Origin: Hormoscilla sp.
GTDB lineage: Bacteria > Cyanobacteriota > Cyanobacteriia > Cyanobacteriales > Desertifilaceae
Direction: 5' to 3'
Length of the DNA stretch: 17,425 nucleotides
Assembly (NCBI GenBank): GCA_051439505.1
Contig: JBFRWI010000101.1
Coordinates: 1-17,425, forward strand
This document shows, one piece after another, positions 13,757 through 17,425 of this stretch. The translations under genes were made by a program, and so were the position numbers. A model generated the notes under the pieces. That model saw only the letters and a program-made list of their open reading frames with translations. It was not told the DNA's origin and did not search any database. The stretch's first letter is position 1; the number at the start of each line of letters is the position of its first letter.

Positions 13757-15337
13757 CTACTGGCACGGCAACTCGTGGGCTAGACGATCGCAAAGTTCGA
13801 TCGCCGACAAGCAAAAAGCTACAGCAACTTCCAGGGATACTTCCTGTCCCTCTGTATGTTGACCGAAATCACCTACAGTTTGGATGTGACTGACAAGGAT
13901 AGCGGTGGACTTGGAAACAAAACGGGCACAAATATTGGTATTGCCTTTGCGAGTGTTTGTCATCACGCGCAGAATCTCGCACTGAATCCCACGACTACCT
14001 GGAAGACGGCTTTGGTCTTGTTTCCACTCGTTGTCTTGCTCCCACTGTTCGATCCATTCTGGCGGGATTTGGCGATCGGGCACTTCGGCATTCCAGATTA
14101 ACTCAAGAACTCGATCGGCGATCTGGCGGAACCAGATTATCGCATCCTTTGGCTCTGGATGCAAGTCTTCGATCGCTCGTCGGATACGACGCTGCAACTC
14201 GGGATCGGCATTTTGTATTTGGGCCAGTCTTAATTCGAGTAGACTACGAACATTTTTTTTATAGCTTTGGATGTTACCAAATAAACGGCGCAAATCATTT
14301 ACTTGACTGCCTTGCTGAGCTGCATACTCTTGGATGAAACGGCAGGAAGCCCGAAGCTTGCTGCCCGAGCTGCTCCCATAGCCGCGCTCTTCTAAAATTT
14401 TACAGCGGTCAGGGGGGATTTGGGACAAAGGCAGGTCTTGTTTGGCGAGATCGATTAGGTCGCTTTGAACTTCCACCGAGCAGTCATCCCAGAGTTCGTC
14501 GAGAATGGTTCGATATCGATCGAGTACCTGGTTGGCAGTGGCGTCAACTTGTTGTTTAGAAACCGTGGCTCCCGATTCAACTTGGCTCCAAATGCCCGAA
14601 CAGATAGCAGCCGCTAGGATAGGCACTCCTCCACTCCAATTGATGAGTTCCTTTTGACCGCTGCTATCAAAGGAAATTAAGAGATCTTGAAAAGGCGATA
14701 ATAGCTCGGGCCAGTCGCTCTCTTCAAATATACTTACTTTCAGAGGAGTAGGGTTGAAGATATTCCAGAAATCTGAGGTTTGAGAAGCCTCAGTTTTACA
14801 AATCTCCCGCAGGGGTCGGCGGCTGCCTGTTACTAAGGACAGGCTTTTTTTCTCAGCCAGAGATCTGAGGTAATCCCAGAGGTTGCGAGTAATGCTTGTC
14901 ATTCCCAGCACTCGATCAAAGCCGTCAAGAACCGCTAGAAGTCGTTGTCCCTCATCTTCTAAAAATTCCAGCACTTCGGGGAGTATATCCCATAAATCTT
15001 CAGAACCGGGCTCTATTTCATTTGCTACTTCCGGTGTAACTGGCATGAGTGCTGATTTCAGTTCCTCGGCAAAACGACACAGGAACTGATTATCTGATGA
15101 GGGGGTTTGATGACCCAAATCCCAGTATATGGCAGTATCGTATGATTTACCTTCCGATTGAAAGCGATCGACGACATGCTTGAGAAAGACTGTTTTGCCA
15201 ATTAACTTGGGTCCGACGACCTGTACGTGGTCGGGGGTTGGCTTCACGAGCTGACGGGTCAATTGCTCCAATAGCTTTTGTCGGCCCCGCAGAATGACTG
15301 GCTCGGTGCCCAATACTCGATAGGGATTAGTTGTCAT
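13757..15337 (-). CDS. P-loop (STAND/AAA-like) ATP-binding protein with a C-terminal helical, possibly HEPN-like, domain
   Basis: NPY...GR..LL lead-in, Walker A GPKLIGKT, Walker B LAVLDGFD, LVTGSR, SGGVPIL (GxP); C-terminal AIIWFRQIADRVLE...VGDFGQH. Confidence 0.85.
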   Translation of the reverse strand: MTTNPYRVLGTEPVILRGRQKLLEQLTRQLVKPTPDHVQVVGPKLIGKTVFLKHVVDRFQSEGKSYDTAIYWDLGHQTPSSDNQFLCRFAEELKSALMPVTPEVANEIEPGSEDLWDILPEVLEFLEDEGQRLLAVLDGFDRVLGMTSITRNLWDYLRSLAEKKSLSLVTGSRRPLREICKTEASQTSDFWNIFNPTPLKVSIFEESDWPELLSPFQDLLISFDSSGQKELINWSGGVPILAAAICSGIWSQVESGATVSKQQVDATANQVLDRYRTILDELWDDCSVEVQSDLIDLAKQDLPLSQIPPDRCKILEERGYGSSSGSKLRASCRFIQEYAAQQGSQVNDLRRLFGNIQSYKKNVRSLLELRLAQIQNADPELQRRIRRAIEDLHPEPKDAIIWFRQIADRVLELIWNAEVPDRQIPPEWIEQWEQDNEWKQDQSRLPGSRGIQCEILRVMTNTRKGNTNICARFVSKSTAILVSHIQTVGDFGQHTEGQEVSLEVAVAFCLSAIELCDRLAHELPCQ

Positions 15338-17425
15338 CGAAAATTCTCCTGTCCTTCTTGTACTGCTTTGCGGCGAATGTCTTCATGGTCAATATGAGCC
15401 TTAATCCAGTTAGCCATGAGTGGAATCGCTAGCTTGTAGACGGCGGATGAAACTCCTGTGTTGTCCAGTTCCAGAAGTTCGAGTTCTCGCAGAAACTCAA
15501 GATCTTCATCCAAGCTCTTCCCAGGGGTAATCTGGACTTCTGCCTCTTCTAACTTATTCTCTAATATAGCCATATTCAAGGGGTCAGGCCCCTCTTCTAG
15601 CTGATGGCATAGTGACAGGATAAACCTCCTCCGGTCCGTACCCGCGTAATCCCATAATGTCCGGAAATGCTCGTTATCCCGCACCATGTCATCAGCAGCG
15701 GCTTGCACGGCGCTGAGGGTAATGGTTCGATCGCCACTCTGAGCTGCTCGCTCAAAAATGCGGTTACACAGCACCTGAATTAAGTAAGGCTGGCAAGCGC
15801 AGAGCGCGATGAGGCGGTCTCGTGCTTGGGGAACGTACACGAGGCGACCTTCCACAGGTTTAGTCACCAGTTTCCGGGCCTCGTCTGGTTCGAGGGGGTC
15901 GAGTCCAATCCGGTAGCCCAAACCAAATAGTACAGACCAGTATTCCTCTCGCAGACGCTTCAAGCGACGGGAACCCGTGATGATACCGGATAAATTAGGA
16001 TAGGTCTGGAACAGATAGCGGATATTTTCAGGAACCTGGGCGCTGGTGGCACCCGAATCAATTCCTTCTTGGAGCTTGTCGAATTCATCCAGCATGAATA
16101 GGATCCGGCGCGGACTTGCCGCTTCGAGAATGGATTGCACGAACATTTCAAAGTCTTCAAAAGGATTGTCTGGGGAAAAGTATTGACGGAGCGATTTCAC
16201 AAACTGGAATCGAAAACGTTGAGTTTGCTCCAAGGTCGGCATACCGGGAAGCTGCACGGTGATGCCAGCCTCATACGCCCCGATCCCAAGCTGCTTTGCC
16301 ATCAAGCGAAATACTTCCTTGGTCGCCAGTCCCACTCTATCCTTGTCACCCTCAGCCCCCTGAAAAGAACACTCTACCACAATCCATCCAGGCAGCTTTC
16401 CTTCTAGTTGAAGGTATCTCAATATCGATGTTTTTCCCGTTCTGCGGTTACCCTCTAAAAGAATAACGTTAGCATTCTCTGATGTAGCCAGTTGCCGCCG
16501 GATAGCATCTATTTTCTGGCCGCGTCCAAAAAACATTTCTTCCCGGTCAACAGGGTTGCCTACAATATAGGGGCTAGCGCCTAAGTCTCTCATGAAAGAT
16601 GTTCCTACAGGTCTAATCTCAAGAGTGAGTGGAATTTCTCCTTTAGTTTGGTCGCCATTCAAAAACGTACCACGCCAATGGACTTTAAAGTTCAGCATTC
16701 CCTTATCCTCTTGGGCGGGAACCGTCAAAGGCACATCTATATTCTCTCCTTCAGCTAAGTATGGCCTTTTGGTCTCGCCCAGTTTCCGGCTTGTGGAAAT
16801 AACCAAATCGCGAATTGGCATAACTCCGCTGTTGTCTAAAGTCAGAATTACTTCTGATGGCTTGTCTGTGTCAATGACTGGCGGGCTTAACTTTGCTTCT
16901 AGGCGAACGTCTGTAACTTGCTCTTGTATCTGTGAGCTTACCAGTTCGAGCAGTGCAATTGTAAATTGTTTAGCTCGCTTAACGAATGGATCCTCGGAAT
17001 CGGCTAGGCGTTGGAGCGCTAGAGTCAGAGAAAGTTTCAGATTTGTCAGCACAGCCAGACTGGCAGTGCCAGGGGGAATCTCCTCGAACCGCTGCAACTG
17101 ACGGAAGCCATATCTTACATCAGATACCCACCCATAGAGCAAGCGTCTTTTTTGCCCTGGGACGGAATCAATTGTATCCCAGAGCAATAAAATATGCTCG
17201 CCAGTCTTTAGAAGTAAAGCAAGATTGACTTTCGCATAGATAACAGCATTTATAACATTTTCGACTATCGGATCTGTTTCCAACCAGTCATCAAGCAGAT
17301 TGAAATTGTCTTGGTTTAGACAAGCAAGAAGCCGCTTCGTGGCGTCTATAGCGCTGTTATATTTTGTACTAACTACCTTCTTCTGAATATCCAATGGTGG
17401 TACTGGAACTGGAATTTGACGGAGA
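15334..17425 (-). CDS. Large multidomain protein, 5' end outside the window: HsdS-like motif, helical region, Ig/CARDB-like domain, STAND-type AAA ATPase, wHTH-like tail
   Basis: The frame stays open to the window edge (LRQIPVPVPPLDIQKKVV). SPYIVGNPV..FFGR, Walker A GNRRTGKTS, Walker B FMLDEFD, IITGSR, CQPYLIQVLC. Its stop overlaps the next ATG (ATGA, 15334-15337). Confidence 0.88.
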   Translation of the reverse strand, partial: LRQIPVPVPPLDIQKKVVSTKYNSAIDATKRLLACLNQDNFNLLDDWLETDPIVENVINAVIYAKVNLALLLKTGEHILLLWDTIDSVPGQKRRLLYGWVSDVRYGFRQLQRFEEIPPGTASLAVLTNLKLSLTLALQRLADSEDPFVKRAKQFTIALLELVSSQIQEQVTDVRLEAKLSPPVIDTDKPSEVILTLDNSGVMPIRDLVISTSRKLGETKRPYLAEGENIDVPLTVPAQEDKGMLNFKVHWRGTFLNGDQTKGEIPLTLEIRPVGTSFMRDLGASPYIVGNPVDREEMFFGRGQKIDAIRRQLATSENANVILLEGNRRTGKTSILRYLQLEGKLPGWIVVECSFQGAEGDKDRVGLATKEVFRLMAKQLGIGAYEAGITVQLPGMPTLEQTQRFRFQFVKSLRQYFSPDNPFEDFEMFVQSILEAASPRRILFMLDEFDKLQEGIDSGATSAQVPENIRYLFQTYPNLSGIITGSRRLKRLREEYWSVLFGLGYRIGLDPLEPDEARKLVTKPVEGRLVYVPQARDRLIALCACQPYLIQVLCNRIFERAAQSGDRTITLSAVQAAADDMVRDNEHFRTLWDYAGTDRRRFILSLCHQLEEGPDPLNMAILENKLEEAEVQITPGKSLDEDLEFLRELELLELDNTGVSSAVYKLAIPLMANWIKAHIDHEDIRRKAVQEGQENFR

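Noticed and set aside
13856..17228. Plus-strand ORFs within the ATPase genes, and similar antisense ORFs in dhaM, dhaK, the protease and FIST genes
   Set aside because: Shadow frames of well-supported genes with no recognisable motifs.
17392..17394. TTG start of the 686-aa ORF
   Set aside because: The frame is open to the window edge and the codon falls mid-motif, so the gene is 5'-truncated by the window.

Overview
Cyanobacterial window, probably from a filamentous Oscillatoriales-type genome (inferred from abundant HIP1 GCGATCGC, heptamer STRRs and many REP-like dispersed repeats). From left to right it holds: (1) a PEP-dependent dihydroxyacetone kinase cluster in which DhaM is a complete EIIA-HPr-Enzyme I fusion, followed by dhaK, dhaL and an ICL/PEP-mutase-family gene; (2) a double-trypsin protease/TPR gene bracketed by composite repeats; (3) a decayed Phd-PIN toxin-antitoxin pair; (4) a core-like block of FIST, CP12 (with a structured leader and an altered AWD motif), DUF3177 and a small conserved protein; (5) an orphan antitoxin-like gene. 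The right end is a HIP1-poor, translationally coupled two-gene island and the best candidate for an undescribed system. Its first gene is cut by the window edge and reads HsdS-like motif, Ig-like domain, STAND-type ATPase. Its second gene is a P-loop ATPase with a HEPN-like tail. All calls come from reading motifs by eye; no database search was run.
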